The position numbers were made by a program, and so were the translations under genes. A DNA stretch of 64,000 nt, from assembly GCA_043228905.1 (NCBI GenBank), contig JBHGNT010000017.1:6820001-6884000 (forward strand). The letters are read 5' to 3'. The notes below the pieces were generated by a model. The model was not told where the DNA came from. It did no database searches and worked only from the letters and a program-made list of their open reading frames with translations. Positions 37,761-49,400 of the stretch are shown in pieces (within the stretch, counting starts at the first letter, position 1; each line of letters begins with the position of its first letter). The stretch comes from Azolla caroliniana (taxonomy: Eukaryota > Plantae > Polypodiophyta).

Positions 37761-38162
37761 TAACAATCGGCTTAATGACTCAATTTGGTTCAGTTCAAGT
37801 TTGGGTTTTTTTTAATGGTTCGGTTCAGTTTCAACAGTAACGGTTGAATGGTTTTTTTTTTTTTTTTAATTCAAAAAAAAATGTACAAAAAAAATAAATT
37901 TGTTTTAAAATAATCTTTTCATTTTCATGCCTTATTCTCACATTTTGGGAAAATTTAAAAATTTAAAATAATGAAATTTTTAAATTTTTATATTTGACTT
38001 GAGTTGAAAATCGAAACTGAACCATGAAACCGCGGTTTAATGGCTTAACGGTTTGAAAAAAATTAATGGTTCCGTTTAAAGGTTTCGTGGTTCGATTCAA
38101 GTTTCAACATCTCTAAATAGTTCGGTTTAGACCCTCTCAAACCAAACCGTTGCCGATTGTTA
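37761..38162. mobile_element. hAT-type MITE, same family as 31751-32209, opposite orientation
   Basis: TIRs TAACAATCGGC / GCCGATTGTTA. 8-bp flanks CTTCTCTA / CTTTTGTA (6/8). The core is a diverged reverse complement of the other copy. Confidence 0.85.
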
Positions 38163-39366
38163 CTTTTGTAGAACACTTCTTCGACTACCCCCATGATTTC
38201 TTCGTCTTCTTTTATGATTGATGTAGACCGTAGCTGATCCTGCATCTTTGGGAATTCTTTCCTCATTACTCCATTCACAAGCATATACCTAGATGCCCCA
38301 CCCGGACTGATCTGTACTTGCTTCACTCCAACAACTTTCTGCCAATGTGGGGTATGAGGGCTTCTCGGACTACCACTTCCCCACTCCGCAACAGTTCACT
38401 TTAAAAATCCATTTTTGTTTGGGATAAGAGCTCTCTCTTGTTCCTTTCATGATTCGATGGCACAATCAGAAATTGAATAGTTTTACCTCCACTTTGGCTC
38501 CAAATCCATGCAAAAGTTGCTCCGTTATCGAGCACTTTTGTTTCCATCCGTGTAGATGTGATAAAGGGTTGCCCGAGTATTACAGAATGTGAGACCTCAT
38601 CTTGCACGAAGAAGTTTTGATCAATCTCTACATCTCCGATCTTCACCGTCACATTCGGATAAGCCGCAAATAAGTCTTTCGTTGCTTTAGTGGCTGCCTG
38701 AATCTTCCATCCATGACTGGTGTTAATAGGCCACTTTTCCTTTCGGTACAAATCCTTGGTCATTAGATTGATCTCCGATCCATGATAAATAAACACAACT
38801 ACGGGCTCTTTGATGTTTCCAATCTGGACAACAGTCTCCGTAGTTGCATGTGCCCAGTGTAGCTTTGTGTAGTGGGAGTTCAGAATCTCATCCTCCATTT
38901 CCATATCGTTCATTAGAATGGTATTTGCATTCACCCTTGGAGCATTTGATTCTTCAGTAGCTTGCATCTTTCTTTTTAAAGATCCACAAGGAGATCGTGG
39001 AGTTCTTTCTTTGCTATTCCGAGCAATTCCCGGAGCGAAACTCCACCCGACGATCAATGATTCTCTCTTCAAACTCCTTCATTAGGTCTGTCTATCTATC
39101 ATGGATGAACAATTGGGGGTAAAGAGATGGGGAAGTTGATGAGATAGGGAGATCGAGAAGTTGATGACAATGAGTAAAAATATCTATTCCATGACTAGTG
39201 TTGATCTCCTTGATGTTAACAAGGGAGAGAAACCCTTTTTATACATGTAGTGATGCATGATAAGCATGCTCATGCCAAGTCTTACATACTATAATATCAA
39301 GCATACTAATTCTTGCATGCCAAGTCCTACATACTCAATCTTACATACTGAGTCTTACATACTGGG

Positions 39367-40417
39367 TGTCAAGATTCGAACTCCTAACATAACCATGTTA
39401 TAATTGAGTGTTATGTGTTAACCACACATCTAGCATATAATCATGTATATACTTCCTCATTGTAGGTTTTAGGTAGTATCATGTGCATAATTTCTCCCTT
39501 GTATTATTAACACTTGGCACATGCATGCATACCTACTACCTACATGCTCTATTGTATCACATGCGTGCAACAGGTATGCATGCCACTTAGTATAAATAGT
39601 TGAGTTCACCTTGAAGGAATTCAAGGTGAACAACGCCAGTCATGAACATATCAATCTAGTATTCTCATTTCGCCCAATCTTGTCTCCTTAATCTTCATCT
39701 CTATCTTTATGCTCTTGTGTCATTCCATCATTGCTCTGTTGTAGCCTCATCATCCGTGCTCCGTCTTAGTCTGTGCTTGGTGTGTCCGTGACAGTTTGAA
39801 CACCAACGGGAGTGAGCGGCCTTGTGCGGCCCTCATCGGGAACTAGAATATGAACACGAATGGGAAAGAAACTAAAAAATAGAGACAATGATGAGGAGAA
39901 ACTAAAAAATAGAGACAATGAAGCGATGTTGATGATGGTACGGTGACGATGGTAACTCTAGAAGCAAGGGCGATGACGGAGACGGGTGATGCTTCTAGTT
40001 GGAAGGTGAACAAATTGTCATGGACACACCAAGTGCGGACTAAGACGGAAGTGATGACGGAATGACACAAGAGCATAAAGATAGAGATGAAGATTAAGGA
40101 GAGAAGATGGGCAAAACGAGAATACTAGATTGATATGTCCATGACTGGCGTTGTTCACCTTGAATTCCTTCAAGGTGAACTCAATTATTTATACTAAGTG
40201 GCATGCATACCTGTTGCACGCATGTGATACAATAGAGCATGTAGGTAGTAGGTACGCATGCATGTGCCAAGTGTTAATAATACAAGGGAGAAATTATGCA
40301 CATGATGCTACCTAAAACCTACAATGAGGAAGTATATACATGATTATATGCTAGATGTGTGGTTAACACATAACACTCGATTATAACATGGTTATGTTAG
40401 GAGTTCGAATCTTGACA
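39367..40417. mobile_element. Non-coding 1051-bp element made of two inverted complete LTRs (39367-39793 on +, 40017-40417 on -) around a 223-bp spacer
   Basis: The arms are reverse complements over ~400 bp (one ~26-bp indel, scattered substitutions). Both outer ends read TGTCAAGATTCGAACTCC. Flanks CTGGG / TTGGG. It sits inside the 3' LTR of B, and the 5' LTR of B shows the empty site. Confidence 0.93.
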
Positions 40418-42702
40418 TTGGGTCTTACATACTAGGTCTTACATACCACTCTTTATACAAAGGTTTGAAGTCTAAAGTTTGTCTAGGAGAAATATATATA
40501 CAAGGGCCTACAGTTCACATTCGAGTCGATGTTCATGACATTATCCTCCCCTTAAGTGCCGACTTCAAGAAGGTGCGGGTTTGTGAGGATATCGAAGAAG
40601 AAAATGATGAACCACTTCTGGGGCATTTAGTAAATTTCTACCGGGCTCCCATGTAGACTTAGAGATGGGATATCCTTTCCACAATACCAGATACTGGAGC
40701 TTTCGTCGGCTCTTGCGTGAGTCTAGAATGGTCTCGACTTCATACTCATCCCCGGCCACCAAAGCCATAGGGGGAGGTGGCTCGATGCTTCTTCCTGGAA
40801 TTGAGGATGGATGATAGAGCTCAAGAAGTGATGCATGGAAGACATTGTGAATTCGGTAGTGTGACGGAAGAGCAAGACGGAAAGCCACAATGTTGAGTTT
40901 ATCAATGATGCGGAATGGGCCCAACTTTTTGTAATCAAGTTTGTTGCATGGGCGAGTTGTCGGAATATGCCGACGTAATAGCCATACCATGTCACCGACT
41001 TTAAAATCAGGCGCAACCCATCGATGTTGATCAGCCTTCTCTTTGTGTTGTTCTTGAGCAATTGAGAGTTCTAGGGATAGGTCATGATGCACTTCTTTCA
41101 TCAGATGAGCTCGTTCTTCAGCAAATGGATTCACAAAACCAACAGGGATAACTATACTAAAGCGTGGGTGGAACCCATAATTTGCGAAGAAGGGTGTTAC
41201 ACTAGTTGATGTGTGGAGAGTATTGTTGTAGGCGAACTCAGCCATTGGAAGAAATTTGATCCAATCATCTTGCGGATAACTTATCATACATCAAAGATAT
41301 TGCTCTAGGATCTGATTTACTCATTCCGTTTGGCCATCTGTCTCAGGATGGAAGGCTATCGAAAATTTTGTGGAAGTTCCAAGAGTTTGGAAGAGGCGCT
41401 TCTAGAAATGAGACATAAATTGGGAACCACGATCAGAGATAATGTCATCCGGTAAACCATGAAGGCGCACAATATTTGTTAACAATAGATCTACTGTTTC
41501 CATCCCTGAAATTGCTTTATAACATGGAATAAAATGTGCCATCTTTGTGAATCTATCCACCACCACTAATATTGAATTGAATCCCTCAATGTCAAGAAGG
41601 TCGGTGATAAAATCCGTCAAGATGGAGGCCCATGGCCTACTTGGAATTGGCAAAGGTTGAAGTAGACCGTAGGGACGATGATGTATTGCTTTGGCGCAGG
41701 CACATGTATCACATGTTTTCACACATTGTTTAACAAGTTTCCAAGGTTGTGGCCACCAATAACTTCTAGAGATTAACTCCAAAGTTTTTGCAACACTAAA
41801 ATTTCCAGCTAGGGTGTCATCATGGCATTCCTTCATGATACAGATACGACAAGGATCATCTGGGACATACATTAAGTTGTTCCGAAAAAGAAAATCATCT
41901 CAAAACATAAATTGTTCTTGACTATTCCGTACCTCCTTTATGGTTGATTTGTTGACTCGATTATCCTTAATTTCTTTTGCAAATTTGTTGGTGGTAATAT
42001 TTGTGGCTATTGTATTGAGTAATGATTCATCTGCACCCATATAAGCTGCAAAGAGCTGAATCTGATGTGGCTGTCGGAGACAACGTGATTGTTGATTGTA
42101 GGTCTCATCTCCTAGTTGAATTTCGAATTCCGAACGCCGAGATAGGGCATCAACTTTACCATGTTGGGCACCGAGACGAAAAACAATTTGAAAGTCATAG
42201 TTAGCCAGGAAGGTCGACCATCACGCTTGCCTCCAATTCAAAATGCGAGTAGTGGTGAAGTAGACGAGGTTCTTGTGATCGGTCACCACTTGGACACGGT
42301 GTTGGGCGCCTACTAAGTAAGGACGCCATTCTTCAAAGGCTCCAATAATCACAGAGAGTTCTTTGTCATAAACTGGGTAGTTGATCTCGGGAGGTGTAAA
42401 CTTCCGAGAATAAAAGGCAATAGGATGAAGAATCCCATTGTTATCTGATTGAGAGAGAATGACACCAATGGCGAAGTTAGAGGCATCAGCTTCGATCGTA
42501 AATGGTTTGGTCAGATCTGGGTGTAGAAGTACCAGAGCCGAGGTAAAAGCTTTTTTTAGTGTCTTGAATGCTACTTGGGTTATGGGAGTCCAACAAAAAG
42601 GGGAATCCTTCTGAGTGAGTGCTATAAGTGGTTGCGCCAATGTAGAGAATCCTTGAATGAATCGACGATAGAAGTCGGCAAAACCCAAAAATGATTGCAC
42701 AT

Positions 42703-45700
42703 TGTTGAGAGATCAAGCTCAACTTAGTTTAGTTAGTTAGTCAACACATGTAACTTAGTAGTTACCTAGATAGAATCTAGTTAATGTGTTGACCATAAAG
42801 CCTTCAATAGGATTTTGTACTCGAGTGGGATACATTGTAGATCCACCACTCCATGCTCATTTAATATAGGACTTACACGTTGTACCTATATTCTCCTAGC
42901 ACATGTGCACCCTTGCACATGAAACCTATATATACCTCATTGAAGGTATTTTTGTATTTGATGATATTTACCTTTTAATATACTTTATCATCCCCCATCT
43001 TGTTTTTGTGCTCATAAATGTACTTCTCTCTCTCTTCCTCTCACGCACACATACACGCACATATCACTTAATCTTCTGCTATGTAATCACATAATTAGGT
43101 AATAATTATTCCTTAATTAATTACCTAATCCTTAACATGGTATCAGAGTGTGTGGTTTAGCATATACACTAAGCCCACCTGACACTCCGTGATTGTGTGT
43201 TCAAAATGCCGACGACAAATTCCGGCCATCCGCTACCGTAGTGCCGCTACGTAGCACAAGTACGTGATCGAAGAAAGAAGAGCCAACAAGGAAGACACAA
43301 AACAACATGAACACACAAATGGGTAGCTCACTCCCTAGAAAAAAGCTAGACCGGAGCAATTATTCATCTTCGGAGTACAAGATGACCCAATACCTCGTCG
43401 GCCAAGGGTATTGGAGCTACATCAACAGCGCACTTGAGAACAAGCCCGACAACACAAACGCCAACTACCCAATGTGGGAGCAAGGAGTGAATCGGGTAAT
43501 GTATTGCTTGGCAACATGTGTCCACGACCATATGCTTAGCCACATTCGAGACACCAAGATGCCTAAAGAGGTGTGGGAGACCTTAAAGAAAATGTTCGCC
43601 GCCAACACGACCGCCCGCAAACTTCAAGTCCGGCAAGAGTTGAATAACATTCGGCAAAAAGACATGTCCGTGTCGGAGTACACCGCCAAATCAAGAGCAT
43701 TTGTGACTCGCTTGGCTCCATCAACATAAACGTCGAGGAAGACGAGATGGTTAAAGTATGCTTGGGCAGCCTCGCACAACGATTTGATCTACTATGGATG
43801 GCAATCTTGGCGAGAGATAACCCTCCTTCGTTCTTTGACCTCCAATCGATGTTATTGGTCGAAGAAAACCATGTCCGAACCAAAAGCAAGGCACCGGAAG
43901 GACAAATGTTCTTCTCGAATTCGGACAGTGGTCGTGGATGAGGTCTTGACGGTAGAAGAGGAAGCCATCGAGGAACCTTCGAAAGAAGGGGGAGCTTCCA
44001 AGCTGAACAAGGTCGGCAAACAAGGCCTGCAACTTGCAATTATTGCGGCAAAATCGGCCAGTATGAGGCGGAGTGTCGGAAGAAAAGAAGCGAGTCGGCG
44101 TCGACAAGCTGACAACTCACAAAGTACGCCAACAACTCCAAATACGATGATTACAACAGACTATTCGTAATGAGGCATAGAGCGAACTCTATGACGGCCT
44201 CCAACTCTGCAAGCGCCTACAACTCGGAAGACGTGTGGTTCGTCAATTCTGGCGCCTCACATCACATGACATCTCACGACGAGTGGTTTCGTGATTTACG
44301 AACGTTGGATCGACCTGGCTTCATAGAGAGGGGAGATGACACCACGCACCCCATTCGGCACATCGGCAATGTCCCATTCGGGTAAGAAGGCGAGAAAACT
44401 TGCATAAAGAATGTCTTGCTCGTGCCCACAATAATGAAGAATTTGGTCTCGGTCTGCCAAATCGTGGAGCAAGGCATGCAAGTCCGCTTCAACAACGAAG
44501 GTTGTTTCATTGAGAAAGATGGTCGACTCATAGCGAAGGGGCGGAGAGACGACCGAATGTTCATCCTCTATTTGAACGAGGTGAAATTGGCAATGTACGC
44601 TAAAGGTCTAAAAAATGAGAAGAACATCGAGTTGTGGCACAAAAGAATCAGCCACATCAACCTCCAACGGCTCCGATCTATGCAAACAAAGGGAGTCGTC
44701 ATCGGACTTCCGACATTCGAGTCGAAACGAGTCGACCGAGTATGCGAAGCGTGTCAACTCGGCAAACAACATTGATTCCCATTCCCGAAGGAGAGCTCTG
44801 CAAGCAAAGGCCTGCTCGATGTCATACACTCGGATGTATGGGGACTGGCTCAAACACCGACGATCGGCGGATGCCGATACTAACCAGTCGGCACATTCGA
44901 TGCCTACGATCGGATGGAGGAAAGGAGTACTTCTCTGACGAGTTCACCTCCTACCTCCAAAGTGAAGGCATTCCGAGAGAATTCTCATGCCGACACACAC
45001 CCCAACAAAATGGAGTCACCGAAAGGAAAAATCGGCAAATACTCGAGGTAGCACGCGCCATGATGCATGAGAAGCATATGCCGAATTTCTATTGGGCCAA
45101 AGTGGCATCCACGGCCGTCTATCTCATGAACCGGTGCACCACCAATGAAGTCCATGAGCTAATTCCATATGAGCTCCTCGTCGGAAGGAAGCCGATCCTG
45201 TCGCACCTCAAGGTGTTCGGAAGCATTGCGAATGTACGCATCCCGAACGAACAATGACAGAAGCCCGATGCGAAGTCGGAGGAATGTATCCTCATAGGAT
45301 ACTCGTCCGAGAAGAAGGCGTACAAGTGTTACAACCCTTCTACCCGAGCAGTTCGGGTAAGTCGAGACGTAGTCTTTGACGAGTCTGCATCGTGGTACGT
45401 ACCAGAGGCAACTTCGACTCCGACTTCGGTCGACCCGGAATCCGCCGAACAAGAGGTAGAAGATGGAGATCGCTTCGAACACATGTTCGAAGAAAGTCCG
45501 ATTACGACCGAGCTTAGTGGGCCACAAGAGCCCCCACGTGACCCAAGCATGTCGCGGCCAAGTACGAACTTGGACAAAGGCAAAGGTAAGATGCCTGAAT
45601 ACGAAGTCGATCACCCCAACGACAATGATTCGGATGGATCGGCTCCCTCACTAGATAGTGAGTTCGGTGTACCCATCATGCGTACACCCAGAGTAAAGAA

Positions 45701-46492
45701 GGTGCTCACATCGGCGAGCGAAAAATTTTGATGCTCTTCTAGAGAGAAGAATCCCGTCGCTCGGCTCGGCTACAATGAGTATATGGCCCATCATTACGCC
45801 TTTGCGATGAAGGTAGCGGCCGATCAAGAGCCCAAGAGCTCCACCGAAGAGGCTCGTAACCCACGATGGGTGGAAGTAGTCGACCTTCACCCACACGCTA
45901 CAAGCCTTCGTCACCGGCTTGAGGGGGAGGATTCGAGATTGCCACGGCGAACAAAGCCGAAGGCTGGACGGAAGCCGCACAGAAGCCGACATCGAAAGTC
46001 AGACAATGCCGAAAACAACACCGGATGTCGGACGCCTCACACTTGAGCTCTAGGGGGCGTGTTGAGAGATCAAGCTCAACTTAGTTTAGTTAGTTCGTCA
46101 ACACATGTAACTTAGTAGTTACCAAGATAGAATCTAGTTAATGTGTTGACCATAAAGCCTTAAATAGGATTTTGTACTCGAGTGGGATACATTGTAGATC
46201 CACCACTCCATGCTCATTTAATATAGGACTTACACATTGTACCTATATTCTCCTAGCACATGTGCACCCTTGCACATGAAACCTATATATACCTCATTGA
46301 AGGTATTTTTGTATTTGATGATAGTTAATGATATTTAGCTTTTAATATACTTTATCATCCCCCATCTTGTTTTTGTGCTAATAAGTGTACTTCCTCTCTC
46401 TTCCTCTCACGCACACATACACGCACATATAACTTAATCTTCCGCTACGTAATCACATAATTAGGTAATAATTATTCCTTAATTAATTACCT
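42703..46492 (+). mobile_element. Internally deleted Ty1/Copia (family E): gag-PR-INT pseudogene, RT/RNase H absent
   Basis: LTRs 42703-43137 and 46060-46492 (last ~11 bp missing). PBS TGGTATCAGAG at 43138-43148. PPT at ~46052-46057. Motifs YKMTQYLVGQGYW, WFVNSGASHH, LWHKRISH..CEAC, RSDGGKEY, QQNGVTERKNR. The sequence jumps to the 3' UTR at ~45878, before RT. Confidence 0.9.
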
Positions 46493-49400
46493 TGACCCTG
46501 GTGGGAACTTCCCACTGTTGAACCGTTTCGACTTTCTTCTCATCCATAGTGATACCATCAGATGAAATGACATCCCGAGGAATTCAACTGAGGTTCGATC
46601 AAACTCACACTTTTCGGGTTTCGCATAAAGTCCATGTTCCCGAAGTTTGGTCAAGATAAGTCGAACATGCTTGGTGTGCTATATGTAGTCCTGTGAGAAG
46701 ATAAGTATGTCATCGAGATAGATGACCATAGATTGGTTTAGATATTCTCGGAAGATGTCATTCATCATATCCTAGAAATCGGCAGGAGCATTTGTGAGAC
46801 CAAATGGCATTACCATGTATTCAAAATGCCCATACCTGGTTCAAAATGCCACTTTTCACTCATCGCCAGGCTTGATACGCACCAAGTTGTAGGCGCCTCT
46901 GAGATCGATTTTGGAGAATATACGCCCAACCCGAAGTTGGTCGAGGAGTTCGGGGATTAGAGATAGTGGATAGCGGTTTCGAACCATGACTCGATTGAGC
47001 CCACGATAGCCGGTACATAGGCGCAACGTTCCATCTTTCTTTTTGACAAATAGAATAGGAGAGCCAGCTGGAGATTTTGAGTGGCGAATAAATCACTTTG
47101 CAAGATTCTCTTCAATGTATATTTTGAGGGTCTTGAGTTCAGGTTCAGATAACCCATAGATAGGGCCAAATGGAGGACAAGCACCATCTTTCAAGTTAAT
47201 TGGACAATCGTATGGGCGATGTTTGGGTAGGCGGTCAACATTTTTCTTCTCAAATACAACAGAGAAATCATTGTATTTTGATGGAAAAGAGCTAGTACAT
47301 AGGGTAGTATCTGGAGTGGACATGACCGCCATGTCCTTAGAATTAGAAATGGATGCAATCAACATTGTATCGCTTACCCGAGCAAGAGTTGGAACTGTTT
47401 CCGAGGCCGACACGGGACTAACTATGGATGTTGTTTCTATTGGAGCAACCACTGACATGGTTCTCACAGAAGAGGAAATGGGAGCGACCGATAACCTGGT
47501 CCTCACTGGAGCAGAAATGGGAGTTGCCCCTGAAACATGGGTGCGAGCGACCGTTGACACGGTCCTTACTGGAGCAGAAACTTGAATCGGAGCAACCATT
47601 GATGTGGTTCTCACTGGAGCAGAAATGGGAGTTGTCCCCAAAACATGAGTGGGAGGAACCGTTGAGACGATCCTCAACGGAGTAGGCGGCCAAACAAATG
47701 GCGAAGCATTGGCTCGAAGAAGGGTGGACGTAATACCTTGTGAGTGAAAATTCGAGGTGAAATTGATGGAGCAAGATCGCCAATCCACGACTCAATTGTG
47801 AGTTTCGAGCCATGATAACCCCAAGATGATAGGATGTTGAGGTGATGTGATGAGGTTAAAAGTGATTTCTTCCTGGTGGGTTCCTATGTGGAGACCCAAT
47901 GGAATTGTTGTATTTGTGATGGCACCAGAAGAGAGCGTTCAACTGTCGATCACTTCAACTAGAATCGGGACGGTTAATTTGTTGCTTGGAATGTTGTGTT
48001 TCCGGGCAAACATGATGTCATTAAAGCACGACGTAGCCCCAGAATCCAACAAAGCTTTTGTCTTTAGAGTGGTAGAGCCAAACTGAAGAGTGATCGGAAT
48101 CGTGAAACTTGTTGTCGAGGAAGTTGGTTGATTGGGCCCTTGACATAATTTTCAACTCTTGTGGTCCAAATGCACAACCCCTACTACAACTGGACATTGG
48201 AGTTTTCCTGTTGGCCGAAAATGTCAACCCCATCCACACGATGTGGTGTTTGACGGGGTCCCTTTTTTGGGCAAGAGTGGATCAAATGGTCAGGGCCGCC
48301 ACAATAGAGACATAAATTGTTGGCCTGTCGATGTTGTCGTTGCGCATTAGTCAATGGTCGATAGCGAATTCAATCGATCTCCATTGGCGAGCTAGAATCT
48401 GTGGCGGGAGTTGAAGATGAAGTGGAGGATGACATGGGAGGCGGTGTCGTCAACCATGGTAGGTGACTTCGCGTAGAGGCTAGCCAAGGTGGATGGATCC
48501 GGTGAGGACGTTCCTCTTGCTGGAACTCAAAGAGACGGTTATCACAGCGCACAACTTGGGAAATAGCATCATTTAAAGATGTGGGCTCAAGAAAATTAAG
48601 TAAAAGATTTTTTATCTCACCTCGTAATCCTCGACGGAATTGATCGAGGAGGGCTTGTCCGTCCCACTCGACATCGCATTCGAGATGACAAAATTTAGAT
48701 GCATAGATTAATGTTGCACGATCGCCTTGTTGTAACGCATATAGTTTGTTGAGTGCAGCTCGTCGTTTGTCAGTTTCCCCAAAAGTTGCCTCAAATTCGG
48801 TAAGAAATGCTTGGAAGTCATTCAAGAGAGGTGAAGAGGTCTCCACTAGAGGGGCAAACCAAGCTTGTGCTTGTCCTGTCAGCAACGTGCCGATGAGCCC
48901 AACTTGTCGAAATTCATCAGAATAGCGTTGGGGTTGATGACGAATAATAAGGCCGATTTGGTTGATGAAACCTCTTAGCCGTGACCTTGTTCCATTGAAT
49001 TTTTCTAGCAAGCTGACATTGGGTTCTATAGCATAAGGGTCAACAATCGGGTGAGGTATAGCCGGTGTGGCTGCTTGAAGTTCTTGAACAGAGTTTCGCA
49101 AGTTCGCATTTTCATGTTGGAGTTGTTGCACGACCGCCAAAATTTGCTCAAGATTACTAGATAATTCTGACATGATAGTGTATTGAGAAAGAAGGAAAGA
49201 AGGAAAGAAGGAGATCAATCTGTCACGGATGAACAATTGGGGGTAAAGAGATGGGGAAGTTGATGAGATAGGGAGATCGAGAAGTTGATGACAATGAGTA
49301 AAAATATCTATTCCATGATTGGTGTTGATCTCCTTGATGTTAACAAGGGAGATCAACCCTTTTTATACATGTAGTGATGCATGATAAGCATGCACATGCC

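Noticed and set aside
39367-40417. DIRS-type element or DNA transposon as the explanation for the inverted repeats
   Set aside because: There is no tyrosine recombinase or transposase. The arms are recognisable Gypsy LTRs (TG...CA, TATA, adjacent PBS) and there is a 5-bp TSD-like flank, which DIRS elements do not make.
47093-47788. Mucin-like S/T/P-rich ORF as a captured host gene
   Set aside because: It is in frame with retroelement protease-end (DWRSCSINF) and RT-start (LPKHRPYDCPI) motifs, so it is a pol linker expansion.
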